Origin: Flavobacteriales bacterium
GTDB lineage: Bacteria; Bacteroidota; Bacteroidia; Flavobacteriales_F; PHOS-HE28
Direction of reading: 5' to 3'
Length of the DNA stretch: 64,000 nt
NCBI GenBank assembly: GCA_016710015.1
Contig: JADJLR010000008.1
Coordinates: 279,912 to 343,911 of the forward strand
The position numbers and the translations under genes are program-made. Positions 1 through 11,013 of the stretch are shown piece by piece. The notes under the pieces were generated by a model that saw nothing but the letters and a program-made list of their open reading frames with translations, was not told where the DNA came from and searched no databases. The first letter of the stretch is position 1. The number at the start of each line of letters is the position of its first letter.

Positions 1-489
1 TTGCGGCGCGCGGAATACGCCAAACAACGCGTGGAGATCTTCAAGCCTGGCGTGGATACGCGATACGATGCCGTGGATGTGGTGAGCCATGTGGGGACGA
101 GCATTCGCAGCACACCGGTACCCAGCAGCAGCAACCTGCTTTTGTTAGCAGGGAACATCCAAGTGGTGGGGATCGACGAGGCGCAGTTCTTCGATGCCGG
201 TCTTCCTCAAGTGTGCGATCAGCTCGCCAATCAAGGCGTCCGGGTCATCATCGCGGGTCTCGATATGGATTTTCAAGGGCGGCCCTTCGGACCCATGCCC
301 CAATTGATGGCGATCGCGGAGTACGTGACCAAGGTTCACGCGATCTGCATGCATTGCGGCGGGTTGGCCAGCTACAGCCACCGCACCACAGCGAACAAAG
401 ACCTGGTACTCTTGGGCGAGACCGATAATTACGAACCCCTGTGCCGGTCGTGCTTCGTGCATGCTTTGCAACAAGCCCCATCGGCATGA
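1..489 (+). CDS. tdk: thymidine kinase, C-terminal portion (5' end lies outside the window)
   Basis: Translation contains [10 protein letters not shown], and the C-terminal CxxC...CxxC zinc ribbon typical of Tdk. Stop is TGA at 487-489. Confidence 0.85.
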   Translation: MRRAEYAKQRVEIFKPGVDTRYDAVDVVSHVGTSIRSTPVPSSSNLLLLAGNIQVVGIDEAQFFDAGLPQVCDQLANQGVRVIIAGLDMDFQGRPFGPMPQLMAIAEYVTKVHAICMHCGGLASYSHRTTANKDLVLLGETDNYEPLCRSCFVHALQQAPSA

Positions 490-2930
490 GCGCTTCCCGG
501 CCTTCACTCCGGACCATCGCAGAAGTCGTTGGTGGATCATTCAACGGCCCATCGGACCCGGTGATCGAACACTTGCTCATCGACTCCCGAAATCCGGTGC
601 CCGGTGATGCGCTCTTCATCGCGCTGAAAGGTCCACGGCACGACGGACATCGCTACATCAAAGAACTCTACGCACGCGGTCTGCGCAACTTCTTGGTAAG
701 TGAAGCACTGGATGGAAGCCGCATTCCGGAGGCCAACGTGATCCGCGTACCCGATACCCTCGTGGCCTTGCAAGCGCTGGCCGCATGGCACCGTGCGCGC
801 TTCACGGTCCCGGTGATCGGTATCACGGGAAGCAACGGCAAGACCATCGTGAAAGAGTGGTTGTTCCAACTGTTGCGGACGGAAGAACGCATCGTGCGGA
901 GCCCGGGCAGTTGGAACAGCCAAGTGGGTGTTCCGCTCAGCATCTGGCAACTCGGTCCGGAACACACGCTGGGGATCTTCGAGGCCGGGATCAGCCTACC
1001 GGGTGAAATGGAGAAACTCGAAGCCATCATCCGACCAACGATCGGAGTGCTCACCAATTTGAACGATGCCCACGATGCAGGTTTCGGTGGCGACCATGCG
1101 GCCAAATTGTGGGAGAAGACCTTGCTCTTCCAGCATGCTGATGCGGTGGTATACACCGATGATCGCAGTGGTTTGTTCAACGCAATGTCCCGTGACGGAT
1201 GCGTGATCGCGACCAACGACCCCACCGCCACCGTCAACATCCAAAGAACCACGATCACGGAAGGGTCTTGTCGTGTCGACCTTGTTTTCAATGGGGCCGA
1301 ACACCACTTCGCGATCCCGTTCAACGATGGCGCTAGCATTGCCAATGCGATCACCTGCATCGCCGTGCTTTTGCACTTGGGCAAGGACCCGGTTTGGATC
1401 GATGCACGCTTGGCACAACTGACACCTGTGGACATGCGCCTGCGCACCATGCAAGGCATCCACGGAACCACCTTGATCGACGACAGCTACAGCAACGACC
1501 GCAGCTCGTTGGAGGTGGCATTGGCCCATCAGCAGCAGACGGCGCACGGTCGAAAACGTGTCGTGGTGCTGAGCGATATCGCCGAAAGTGATCGCGAACC
1601 CGAGGCGCTCTATCGTGCGGTTTCCGAACTTTTGGCGCGGCATGCCGTGGACCTCGTCATCGGGGTGGGTTCGGAGATCTTCGCGCAGCGCGCCTGTTTT
1701 CCCAAGAGCACACGCTTCCATCCGGATACCGATGCACTGATCGCCAACGAGGACCCAGAACACTTCGCCGGTGCCGTGGTGTTGGTGAAAGGTGCCCGCC
1801 GTTTCGCCTTCGAACGTGTGGTGGAGCGCTGGCAACAACAGGTCCACGGAACCGAGTTGGAGATCGATCTGGAAGCCATCCGGCACAACCTGAACCACTA
1901 CCGATCGCTCCTTGCACCGGGCGTTCGCGTGATGGCGATGGTGAAGGCCTTCGGCTATGGATCCGGCTCGTTGGAATTGGCTCGGCTCTTTCAACATGAA
2001 CAGGTCGGTTACCTCGGCGTGGCCTATGCCGATGAAGGCATCGAATTGCGACAGCAGGGCATCACGTTGCCGATCATGGTGATGAATCCTGAACCCGTGG
2101 CGTTGGAGACCTTGCATCGCTTCGGCTTGGAAGCCGAAGCGTATGATCAGCGCTCCTTGCGCGAAGCCATTCAAGCATCTGCGGTGATGCCCGCGCCCGT
2201 TCACCTCAAGTTGGACACCGGCATGCATCGCCTTGGCTTCTCGGAAACGGAACTGCCTGAACTGCTCTGTGCATTGCGCGGATCGAAACTGAAGGTCGCA
2301 TCCATCCTCTCCCACCTCGTGGCCAGCGAAGATCCAGGATCCGACACCTACACCCAACAGCAGATCGACGTATTCAAGCGCATGGCGATGGCCATCGGAG
2401 AGGTATTGGGATACAAACCGTTGTGGCATATCGCGAACTCGGCCGCCATCCGGCGCTGGCCGAGCGCGCACTTCGATATGGTCCGCCTAGGCATCGGACT
2501 GCACGGAGTGGGTGTGGATGCCGCAGAGACCGCCCTGCTGCAACCGACCGCCACCTGGCGCACCCCCATCGCGCAACTGAAGACCTTACGCAGCGGCGAT
2601 ACCGTTGGCTATGGTCGGCGCGGGATCATCTCAGGCGAACGCATGATCGCGACGATCCCCCTTGGCTATGCCGATGGCTTCTCACGCAAGCTCGGAAACG
2701 GCGTGGGCCGCGTATGGATCCACGGGCAACCCGCACCCACGATCGGCAATGTGTGCATGGACATGTGCATGGTGGATGTCACCGGTATTGCCTGCCGGGT
2801 CGGCGATACCGCCGTTGTCTTCGATGCGCAACACCCTCTTTCTGACCTTGCGCAGGCCTTGGGTACCATTCCCTACGAGGTACTTACCAGTATCAGCCAG
2901 CGCGTGAAGCGGGTGTATGTGCGGGGGTAA
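486..2930 (+). CDS. murF: bifunctional UDP-N-acetylmuramoyl-tripeptide--D-alanyl-D-alanine ligase / alanine racemase (MurF-Alr fusion)
   Basis: N-terminal half has the Mur ligase motif GITGSNGKT and a MurF-like N-terminus. C-terminal half has the alanine racemase PLP motif (AMVKAFGYG) and the racemase C-terminal domain. The ATG at 486 overlaps the tdk stop (ATGA). Confidence 0.85.
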   Translation: MSASRPSLRTIAEVVGGSFNGPSDPVIEHLLIDSRNPVPGDALFIALKGPRHDGHRYIKELYARGLRNFLVSEALDGSRIPEANVIRVPDTLVALQALAAWHRARFTVPVIGITGSNGKTIVKEWLFQLLRTEERIVRSPGSWNSQVGVPLSIWQLGPEHTLGIFEAGISLPGEMEKLEAIIRPTIGVLTNLNDAHDAGFGGDHAAKLWEKTLLFQHADAVVYTDDRSGLFNAMSRDGCVIATNDPTATVNIQRTTITEGSCRVDLVFNGAEHHFAIPFNDGASIANAITCIAVLLHLGKDPVWIDARLAQLTPVDMRLRTMQGIHGTTLIDDSYSNDRSSLEVALAHQQQTAHGRKRVVVLSDIAESDREPEALYRAVSELLARHAVDLVIGVGSEIFAQRACFPKSTRFHPDTDALIANEDPEHFAGAVVLVKGARRFAFERVVERWQQQVHGTELEIDLEAIRHNLNHYRSLLAPGVRVMAMVKAFGYGSGSLELARLFQHEQVGYLGVAYADEGIELRQQGITLPIMVMNPEPVALETLHRFGLEAEAYDQRSLREAIQASAVMPAPVHLKLDTGMHRLGFSETELPELLCALRGSKLKVASILSHLVASEDPGSDTYTQQQIDVFKRMAMAIGEVLGYKPLWHIANSAAIRRWPSAHFDMVRLGIGLHGVGVDAAETALLQPTATWRTPIAQLKTLRSGDTVGYGRRGIISGERMIATIPLGYADGFSRKLGNGVGRVWIHGQPAPTIGNVCMDMCMVDVTGIACRVGDTAVVFDAQHPLSDLAQALGTIPYEVLTSISQRVKRVYVRG

Positions 2931-3055
2931 GTACGCCTGCTGAGAGGTCACAAGACCAGCGGATTTCCAATACCTTCGAGTAGGTACTTTATGAGTGGAG
3001 TCGGGCGTGAGACACAACCCAAGTGAAGACCAAGAAACTGATCATTCATTGACCG

Positions 3056-4656
3056 ATGAAGAACTCCCTCTTGATCTTGGCTTTCACCTGTTCGGTCGGA
3101 TATTCCCATGGACAGCAAACGTTTGCCCATCTGTACGACGGACTCCGGTCGGCCCTTTTCAACTTGACTGAACTTGAGAGTGGTAACCTCTTTGTTGGAC
3201 TTGGGCGTACCCGTGCTGTATCGCGCTTGGACGCGCAAGGCTTTGTCATTGGGACGCATTCATACTGGGCGGATCAAACCTCCCCGCTCACTGGGCTTGG
3301 TGCAATTCGGAGGTACGCGGATAACGAATACCTCTTTACAGGAGGCGCGCGTGGTGATACCTGTGCGGATCCCGGAACCAACTCCATCTTGTCGTTCAGT
3401 CCAGTTCTCGGTAAGATGGACTCGATGGGGAATGTGATCGAGGAGCATCAATACTTACTCAATGACGGGTGCCGGAATGTATGCGGTGATGTATCGGTCA
3501 CTAGTGACGGGGGTGCGGTTACTTGGGGCTACCGGAGCGATTTCTTTGCGTTCAAAGTTGATGCAGCGATGATGCCGGTCTGGGCACGGCATTTCGCGAA
3601 CAATGGAGGCTTTCAGTTCATTAAGGAACTCCCTAGTGGCGATCTATTGGCAGGCATCAACATGGACACAGCGGGTGCCGTGGTGGCTCGCATGGATGCC
3701 AATGGTGAATTCCTTTGGTGCAAGTCCTACATCCGACCCAAGGGGATGATCCATGACGCGGTGATCCTGTCGGACGATGACTTCATCATAACAGGCTATA
3801 CGGACAGCATCAATATCAGCCTTTTCGACCCCTTGCCTGGGACCTTTCAACCTAAGCTCTTCATGATGAAATTGGACGGGACGGGAGAGGTGCAATGGTG
3901 TCGTGGGTTTGCCAGCAATACGAACCGTTGGTACACAAGGCAATGGTCAAGGATCCAGCCAACGCTGGACGGGACCTTCGTGCTGCTTGCTACCTTGGGT
4001 CAGCCGAATTCGAACTTCTTCTACCGTCCCTTCCTGATGAAGACCGACCAGAACGGGGATTCGCTCTGGACGCGCTCAATGGGCACGGACGACTACGCGT
4101 TCTTCACAAGGGACTTGATCGCTCATTCGGACGGTGGATTTGCCTTTACGGGCAATGTTTGGGGCACGCTCCCGGATATCAACTCCAGTCTGGCGTTCGT
4201 CTTTAAAACGGACAACGAAGGGTACTTATCCTGTGTAGAGCGCCCTTACCCCGTGCGATCGTGGACCTCTTTCCGACGGACAGCAGCTTCGTGCTTACGT
4301 CTGTAGATGGTGCCACCCGTTCACCCGCATACCTGAACGACAGCATATTCGATCCGTTCGCGGTGTACGATGCCTGCGAGATCATTCTCAACACCGTTAC
4401 GTACACATTCAGCACCAAGATGCGCGTGTACCCCAACCCCACCACAGGCCATTTCACCGTTCAATTCCCAGACCCACTCCAAGCCGAGAGCTACTACAGT
4501 GTATACGACACCATGGGCAAGTTGCTCTTCCAACGCAGGCTACCAACAGGTGCTACGGTGGAAGAGGTGGACATTTCCGGTTACACACCCGGCACCTACG
4601 TGCTGCGCTTTACAGATAAAGATGGCGTTTGCTACGAACGGGTGGTTCTGGAGTAG
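3056..4656 (+). pseudogene. secreted SBBP-type beta-propeller repeat protein with T9SS C-terminal sorting domain; reading frame switches (frame 2 to frame 1) between ~4207 and 4306
   Basis: Signal peptide MKNSLLILAFTCSVGYSHGQQ. Repeated D-G-x...W blade-like motifs. ORF 3056..4306 and ORF 4261..4656 overlap in different frames. The second ORF carries a Por-secretion CTD (VYPNPTTGHFTVQF...YVLRF). GATC lies at the junction (gcgatcgtgg). Confidence 0.55.
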
Positions 4657-4689
4657 CTTCGTGTATGCGCTTCGTTCAGGGACATGATC

Positions 4690-4718
4690 GCAGGGTCGCC
4701 GAGGACGGCAGACCCTGC
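4690..4718. repeat. GC-rich palindromic hairpin element (GCAGGGTC...GACCCTGC); a member of a small repeat family also found at ~25819-25845 and ~27725-27746
   Basis: 8-bp inverted repeat with an internal GCCG/CGGC palindrome. It sits immediately 3' of the SBBP gene and could act as a terminator. Confidence 0.4.
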
Positions 4719-4894
4719 GGCGGTTTAGGTCTTGCCGGTTCCGAACAACTCCCTTTCGCATTGCGGGCATCTGCCAATGCGTCGATCGGGGGTGAGAACC
4801 GCGGCTTTCCAAGCCGAGCCAGCATCCTAACAGCGTACAAAAGCCCGTCACACCCCGCGATTCCCGTAATTTTGTTGGGAACGCCCTGACCTGA

Positions 4895-7507
4895 ATGATG
4901 CGCACTTTCCATGCTTTGGCCTTCGTGGCCCTTTCCCTTGTTGTTTCCACGGCCACGGCCCAAGCTCCGCAGGTGATCCCCGGCGATCTGCTGGTGATGC
5001 TTCGGTCCGATGGCTCGGCACAGAAGGTGGCGGAGGATCTGGCCGTATTCAACGGCACTGCCAACGGCCTGCATGTGGAGCGGGAGGTCAGTGCGTCGAT
5101 GCGTGCGTGGCTCTTGCGCTTCGACCCTCAACGTGCCGACCAAGCCGTGCTGCTGCGGGCCGTGCGGAACCACCCCCACGTGCAATTGGCCCAGAACAAC
5201 CACCACCTGACGCTACGCGAAGTGCCGAACGACGAACGCTTCGGCGATCAGTGGCACCACCAGAACATCAATAGCGAGGCCGCTTGGGACATCAGTACCG
5301 GAGGTCTGACCGCGGACGGGGATACGATCGTGGTGTGCATCATCGAGAACTGCAACCTTCCGCACGATGATCTGATCGCCAATGCCTGGATCAACCACCA
5401 AGAGATCCCCGACAACGGTGTGGACGACGATGCCAACGGATATACGGACGACTACCTGGGCTGGAGCCCGAACAACGACGACGACGAGGTGTACGGTGGC
5501 AGCCATGGCACGCAGGTGGCGGGCATGATCGGCGCCACGGGAGACAATGAGGTCGGTGTGGTGGGCGCCAATTGGACCGTGAAGATGATGGTGGTCTCCA
5601 ACAGTGGTGCCAGCGATGCCGGGGTGATCGCCTCGCACAGTTACCCGCTCACCATGCGTCGTATGTACAACGAGACCAACGGTGAGAAGGGGGCTTTCGT
5701 AGTGGCGACCAACGCCAGCTGGGGGATCGATGGTGGCCAACCGGAAGATTCGCCGCTCTGGTGTGCCATGTATGATTCACTGGGCGTGCAAGGCATTCTC
5801 AATTGCGGCGCTACCGCGAACAATTCCGTGGACGTGGATGTGGTAGGCGACCTGCCCACGGCCTGCCCGAGCGATTTCATGATCAGCGTGACGGCAACGG
5901 ACATCGACGATGAACGGACCTTTTCCGCCTACGGCCTCACCACCATCGATGTGGGCGCACCTGGTGCCGCTGTCCTGACCACGAACATCAGCGGTGGCTA
6001 CGGCACCACCAGCGGTACGAGCTTCGCCAGTCCGCTCACGGCGGGCGTGATCGGCCTGCTCTACAGTGCGCCATGCTCCGGCATGATGACATTGGTGAAG
6101 GGAGACCCGCAAGCCGGAGCCCTATTCATCCGGGAGAAATTATTCGCTGGTGTGGATCAGGTCGGCGATCTACCCGGCAATACGGTGACCGGCGGTCGCA
6201 TCAACGCGGGTACCAGCATGGAACTGATCATGGCCACTTGTGGTGCGTGCCCGGCCCCGTACAACGTGTTCGTACAAGCGGTGGACATCACCAGCGCGAT
6301 GATCTCCTGGCAGTCCATTGCCGGTTCGCTCTTCGATCTGCGCTTTCGCGAAGTAGGTGCCACGGCTTGGACGGATGTTCTTGGAGTATCCGGCACCAGC
6401 TACCTGATCGAAGACCTGATGGGATGTACGGCCTATGAATTCCAGATCCTGGCGCATTGCCAAGAAGAGAACAGCGACCATAGCAATCCTTATATGTGGA
6501 CCAGCGAGGGGTGTTGTACCGCACCGGCGGGTTTGACGCAAGTGGCTGCGGACGAGAACAGCACCGACCTTGCATGGAATGGCGTACTCGCCGCACAGAG
6601 TTTCGATGTGCGGTATGCGGTGGTGGGTGATCCGACCTTCACCGAGATCAACGGCATTACCGATCCATTATTGACCATTGAAGGGCTGGCCTCTTGTACC
6701 AACTATACCGTGCAAGTGCGGACGATCTGCGACGGCATCGCCACGTCCTGGTCCACGGCCGTCACGGTCAATATCCCCGGCTGCGGCGCTTGTACGGATC
6801 TGGCGTATTGCCCCACGGAAGGCGGCGATTCCTCCGGCGAGTGGATCGAGCAGGTGCAGTTGGCATCCATCGATCACACCTCGGGCAACGACAACGGTTA
6901 CGGGGATCATACCACCAACAGCACAGAACTGATGGTCGGCGTTCCGATCGCAATGACCTTGACTCCCGGTTTCTCCACCTTCAGCTTCACCGAATGGTAC
7001 AAGGTGTGGGTCGACTTGGATCAGGACGGGGAACTGGATGAGACGGAACGCGTATTCACCTCCGAAAGCGGAAGCTCTGATCCGGTGAACGGCACCATCA
7101 CCATTCCTTGGGCGGCCACCTTGGGCTACACCCGATTGCGTGTCTCCATGCATTACAACACCTTGCCCGCGAATGCTTGCCTCCCTTCGTTCAATTACGG
7201 CGAGGTGGAGGACTATTGCGTGAACATCATCGCGAACCCCAACGTCGCGATATCGGAAAGACCGTCCTTCGGCGAAGTGGTCTATCCCCAACCGGCCGAT
7301 GAACGCCTGTTCGTCCGGACAGAGACCTCCTTGCGCGCCATCCACATCTTCGATGGCACCGGTCGGCTGTTGGGTCAAGAGCAAGTTCAGACCACTCCGG
7401 TGGTGATCCACACGGCGGACTTGGCAGATGGCATGTACACCTACCGTTTGATCGGCACCGACGGATCCATTGGTCAAGGCCGTTTCATGGTGACACATCT
7501 GCGGTGA
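4895..7507 (+). CDS. secreted subtilisin-like S8 serine peptidase with N-terminal propeptide, GEVED domain and T9SS C-terminal sorting domain
   Basis: Signal peptide. Catalytic-triad-region motifs include GSHGTQVAGMIGA and GTSFASPLTAGVIGLL. GEVEDYCVNI motif. C-terminal VYPQP...MYTYRL CTD. Confidence 0.85.
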   Translation: MMRTFHALAFVALSLVVSTATAQAPQVIPGDLLVMLRSDGSAQKVAEDLAVFNGTANGLHVEREVSASMRAWLLRFDPQRADQAVLLRAVRNHPHVQLAQNNHHLTLREVPNDERFGDQWHHQNINSEAAWDISTGGLTADGDTIVVCIIENCNLPHDDLIANAWINHQEIPDNGVDDDANGYTDDYLGWSPNNDDDEVYGGSHGTQVAGMIGATGDNEVGVVGANWTVKMMVVSNSGASDAGVIASHSYPLTMRRMYNETNGEKGAFVVATNASWGIDGGQPEDSPLWCAMYDSLGVQGILNCGATANNSVDVDVVGDLPTACPSDFMISVTATDIDDERTFSAYGLTTIDVGAPGAAVLTTNISGGYGTTSGTSFASPLTAGVIGLLYSAPCSGMMTLVKGDPQAGALFIREKLFAGVDQVGDLPGNTVTGGRINAGTSMELIMATCGACPAPYNVFVQAVDITSAMISWQSIAGSLFDLRFREVGATAWTDVLGVSGTSYLIEDLMGCTAYEFQILAHCQEENSDHSNPYMWTSEGCCTAPAGLTQVAADENSTDLAWNGVLAAQSFDVRYAVVGDPTFTEINGITDPLLTIEGLASCTNYTVQVRTICDGIATSWSTAVTVNIPGCGACTDLAYCPTEGGDSSGEWIEQVQLASIDHTSGNDNGYGDHTTNSTELMVGVPIAMTLTPGFSTFSFTEWYKVWVDLDQDGELDETERVFTSESGSSDPVNGTITIPWAATLGYTRLRVSMHYNTLPANACLPSFNYGEVEDYCVNIIANPNVAISERPSFGEVVYPQPADERLFVRTETSLRAIHIFDGTGRLLGQEQVQTTPVVIHTADLADGMYTYRLIGTDGSIGQGRFMVTHLR

Positions 7508-7669
7508 ACAAGCAGTCGGGAAAGAAGGTGTCCGTGGAGCGCACACTACCCCTGACTTCTCTGCGGCTCCCTCTGAGCGGTATAAGCGTGGTGCCCAGAG
7601 GAGTTTTGAAGCAATAGCCCTGATCCACACTTAGGCTGTTGCTGATGGCCGGTTTACCTTCGGCAGCAC

Positions 7670-8422
7670 ATGACGGGCATTTCGGCGGTGATCATCACGC
7701 GCAACGAGGCGCACAACATCGAACGGTGCATCGTGTCGTTGAAAGGTCTCGTGGATGAGGTGATCGTGGTGGATGCCGAAAGCACCGATGCCACACGCAC
7801 CATTGCCGAACAGGCCGGTGCGCAAGTGATCATCCGTGCATGGACGGATTATACCGACCAGAAGAACTTCGCGAATGCAAAAGCGAAGTCCCCGTACATC
7901 CTGAGCATGGATGCGGACGAAGCCGTTTCGCCCGTGCTGCGCGCTTCCTTGCTAACGGCGATCTCCGCTGGATTGAAGGGTGCCTATCAGGTGGATCGGT
8001 TGACGAATTATTGCGGCACCTGGGTCCGCCACGGGGGCTGGTACCCCGACCCCAAAGTGCGCTTGTTCGCAAAGGCCGATGCCTGTTGGGAAGGCACCCA
8101 TGTACATGAAGAACTGCGCCTGAAGAATGGCACACCGATCACGGCCTTGAAGGGCGATCTGCTGCATTACTCCTACCCCACCGTACAGTCCCACGCGGAC
8201 CGCATTGAACGGTATAGCGAACTGCACGCACGCAAACTCCTCGCGACCGGAAAACGCGTCGGTCCGTTCAAACGTTGGTTCGCACCTGTGGTGAAGTTCA
8301 TTCAGGGCTACGTGTTCCGCCTCGGATTCCTGGATGGCAAGGCCGGCTGGTCCATCGCTACGCTGAGTGCGCGGGCGGTATCGTTGAAGTACACCAAACT
8401 CGAACGCCTCCGTGAGCATTGA
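7670..8422 (+). CDS. family 2 glycosyltransferase (LPS core biosynthesis type)
   Basis: N-terminal ISAVIITRNEAHNI and a DAD/D-x-D region (VVDAESTD, SMDADE), typical of GT2 enzymes such as WaaE/KdtX. Confidence 0.75.
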   Translation: MTGISAVIITRNEAHNIERCIVSLKGLVDEVIVVDAESTDATRTIAEQAGAQVIIRAWTDYTDQKNFANAKAKSPYILSMDADEAVSPVLRASLLTAISAGLKGAYQVDRLTNYCGTWVRHGGWYPDPKVRLFAKADACWEGTHVHEELRLKNGTPITALKGDLLHYSYPTVQSHADRIERYSELHARKLLATGKRVGPFKRWFAPVVKFIQGYVFRLGFLDGKAGWSIATLSARAVSLKYTKLERLREH

Positions 8423-9401
8423 GCACATCATCCTCAGTCGAACGGACAGCATTGGCGATGTGATGCTGACGCTCCCGCTCGCCGGCCTGCTCAAAGAACG
8501 TTTTCCCACTGCACGCATCACCTTCATCGGACGGACGTATACACGCACGATCCTAGAGCACTGCGCGCATGTGGACCACGTGATCACCCTGGAGGAATTG
8601 ATGGCCACTGATGCGGCCACGGTCTTGCGGGACCTGCGGGCAGATGCCTTGATCCATGTGTTCCCCAACAAGCACATTGCGCGTTGGGCACGCAGCGCTG
8701 GGATCTCCCGCCGCATTGGCACCACCAACCGTTGGTGGCATTGGACCACGTGCAATGAACGCGTGGCCTTCAGCCGCAGGAAGAGCGATCTGCACGAGGC
8801 GCAATTGAATGTGAAGTTGTTGGCCCCGTTGGGGATCAGCGAGACCCCGACACTGGATCGACTTGCGGAGCTTTCGGGATTCACGCCGCCAACGGTCGAT
8901 CCGGAGTTCAGTGCTTGGTATCGCCCGGACCTGCGCACCGTGATCCTGCACCCCGGCTCCAAAGGAAGTGCGGTCGAGTGGGGCCTGCCGAATTACAAAC
9001 GTTTGATGGAACTGCTGCGCGAAGGACCCTACCTCACTGTGGTAACGGGTACACAGGCCGAAGCCGACCACTACCGCACCGTGCTCTCCTTCGATCATCC
9101 AGCGGCGATCGATGCAGGTGGCACACTTTCCTTGGAAGAATTGATCGGTGTGATCGGCGGTGCGCATGCCTTGGTGGCGGCCAGCACCGGCCCTTTGCAC
9201 ATCGCCGGGGCATGTGGCATCCGCGCGATCGGCCTGTACGCATCGCGCCGCCCGATCCACCCCGGACGTTGGGCACCGATCGGTCGTGATGCCCATGCGT
9301 TGGTCTTCGATCCGGCCTGCGTGCAGTGTGCTGCCGGGGAACCGTGTACGTGTATCCATCGGATCGCACCGGAGCGCGTGCTCCAGTTGATCGGGGCTTG
9401 A
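8412..9401 (+). CDS. family 9 glycosyltransferase (ADP-heptose:LPS heptosyltransferase-like)
   Basis: GT9 architecture: N-terminal ILSRTDSIGDVMLTLP and a C-terminal GxxTGPLHIAGACG motif. Overlaps the upstream GT2 gene by 11 nt (operon). Confidence 0.75.
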   Translation: MSIEHIILSRTDSIGDVMLTLPLAGLLKERFPTARITFIGRTYTRTILEHCAHVDHVITLEELMATDAATVLRDLRADALIHVFPNKHIARWARSAGISRRIGTTNRWWHWTTCNERVAFSRRKSDLHEAQLNVKLLAPLGISETPTLDRLAELSGFTPPTVDPEFSAWYRPDLRTVILHPGSKGSAVEWGLPNYKRLMELLREGPYLTVVTGTQAEADHYRTVLSFDHPAAIDAGGTLSLEELIGVIGGAHALVAASTGPLHIAGACGIRAIGLYASRRPIHPGRWAPIGRDAHALVFDPACVQCAAGEPCTCIHRIAPERVLQLIGA

Positions 9402-9409
9402 ACAGGAAC

Positions 9410-11008
9410 CTAGATCGCGTCCGTGGAAGTGGCGCCTTCACCTTCTTGCGCAGGCGATGCAAAGACGAAGAGGCCATAGTACAACCCGAAGAACGTTGCA
9501 CCGGCCTGCGTTTCAATGGTATCATCGGTCAGGCAAGAGATGCCGAAGATGAAGGCCCAGGCGATGAAGTGTATGCGCTGCCAGGCTCCCAACTGCTTCG
9601 CCGGCCACCACCATGCGAACAGCGACCACAACAGACCCAGAACACCAAAGCTGATCCACAGCGTGAGATACTCATTGTGTGCCCGATGCCGCCATTCCGG
9701 CGCGAGCGAGGTATGCATGCGCTCGTATTGATCATTGAAGACCTGCTTGGTGTCCCCCGTACCCACGCCGACGAGCCAGTGTCGCTTCGCGATGGCCCAG
9801 CCCGCTTTCAGGTATTCCAAACGCATGGTGACCGAGTGTCCGTTCGCTCTCCCATACGCGTGGTACTGGCCCAGTTCGAAGCCGACCTCATCGACCCGTT
9901 CCCACAAGCCTGAATACCGACCTGGATCCACATGCGTGACCCCGCTCTCGATGGCGCGGATCTCCGCATCCGTGAGCGCCATCACCGCAAGGCTATCCTT
10001 TCGCACCCCTTTGGAAGAAAGGTAGCGCGCCAACGTACTCCATAGCGGATGACCCTGTTCGTCCGTCGCGTTGAGCGAGCGCTTGCTGCGCAAAGGCCAT
10101 GTTCTTCCCACCTCGTTGGGTGCCCAATAGGTCCACACGAAGGTGCCATTCTCGCGGTGCGGATTCGTGATGTCGTGATGGTAGTATTCTCCACCGGCCG
10201 TTCGCTCCATGGTCTTCACCAACTGCTCACTCGGCAACACGAAATAGGATCGAACCACGGGGATGGCGACGGTGATGCAAACAACAGGGATCACCACCAG
10301 CGTTGCGCGGACCGCGAGTTTCGCCCATCTCGCCCACCCTCGTGCGGCGCGCCAAAGGAAGACAGCACCGATCACCACCAAGATCAGGACACCCTGCAGA
10401 CTTCCGAGTTCGTTGATGAAGACCACCGACCATGCCGCAGCAACATATCCCCCGATGCGCAACCCGGTCACTGCACTGGGAACGGTGAGGAAGACCACCA
10501 CCGCCAAACACAGCAGCATGCTCAGCCGAATGTGGCTGATGAAATACGAAAGCGATCGATAATCCGTGCTCGCCCCATGCAGCACAAGCCCGACCAGCGT
10601 ACTGGCCACCACACTCCAAGCCCCCAGCAGCAGGACCGTGCGGTATTCAGTTTGTGACAACCTCGGGGATGCAGCAAGCACGACCCCGAAGGACAGAACG
10701 GGTAAGAGGATCCGTACCATGTCCAAGCCCCAATCCATGTCCGTGGACCATGCAAGACCAAGGATATGCAGACCGAAGAAGGAAACGAAGACCAACGAAG
10801 GTGCCTTGCCGAATGCCCGACCGAACCGTTGAGGAAGATCCCCGCGCACGATGCCCTCCACGAGCCAATTGGCCACCAACAGCATTTGCGCCATGCTCAG
10901 AAAGGCCGTGCTCCATGGCAGCAGGATGGCGCACAAGGCCAAGGCCGCAACATGCACGGTACGAAAGACATCGGGACCCCACAACGAACCCGACGCGATG
11001 GAGCGCAT
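9410..11008 (-). CDS. O-antigen ligase (Wzy_C) family polytopic membrane protein
   Basis: Multiple transmembrane segments. Wzy_C signature region H-x(n)-NEYLTLWISFGVLGL near the C-terminus. Confidence 0.65.
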   Translation of the reverse strand: MRSIASGSLWGPDVFRTVHVAALALCAILLPWSTAFLSMAQMLLVANWLVEGIVRGDLPQRFGRAFGKAPSLVFVSFFGLHILGLAWSTDMDWGLDMVRILLPVLSFGVVLAASPRLSQTEYRTVLLLGAWSVVASTLVGLVLHGASTDYRSLSYFISHIRLSMLLCLAVVVFLTVPSAVTGLRIGGYVAAAWSVVFINELGSLQGVLILVVIGAVFLWRAARGWARWAKLAVRATLVVIPVVCITVAIPVVRSYFVLPSEQLVKTMERTAGGEYYHHDITNPHRENGTFVWTYWAPNEVGRTWPLRSKRSLNATDEQGHPLWSTLARYLSSKGVRKDSLAVMALTDAEIRAIESGVTHVDPGRYSGLWERVDEVGFELGQYHAYGRANGHSVTMRLEYLKAGWAIAKRHWLVGVGTGDTKQVFNDQYERMHTSLAPEWRHRAHNEYLTLWISFGVLGLLWSLFAWWWPAKQLGAWQRIHFIAWAFIFGISCLTDDTIETQAGATFFGLYYGLFVFASPAQEGEGATSTDAI

Positions 11009-11013
11009 CCGAA

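Noticed and set aside
668-2471. Long antisense ORFs (e.g. 996..2471 -, 668..1471 -; similarly 31162..32955 +, 45541..47466 +, 60631..63294 -, 50599..51650 + portion)
   Set aside because: They lie entirely inside well-supported genes on the opposite strand. High GC depletes stop codons in antisense frames, and their translations are low-complexity Arg/Gly/His-rich with no motifs.
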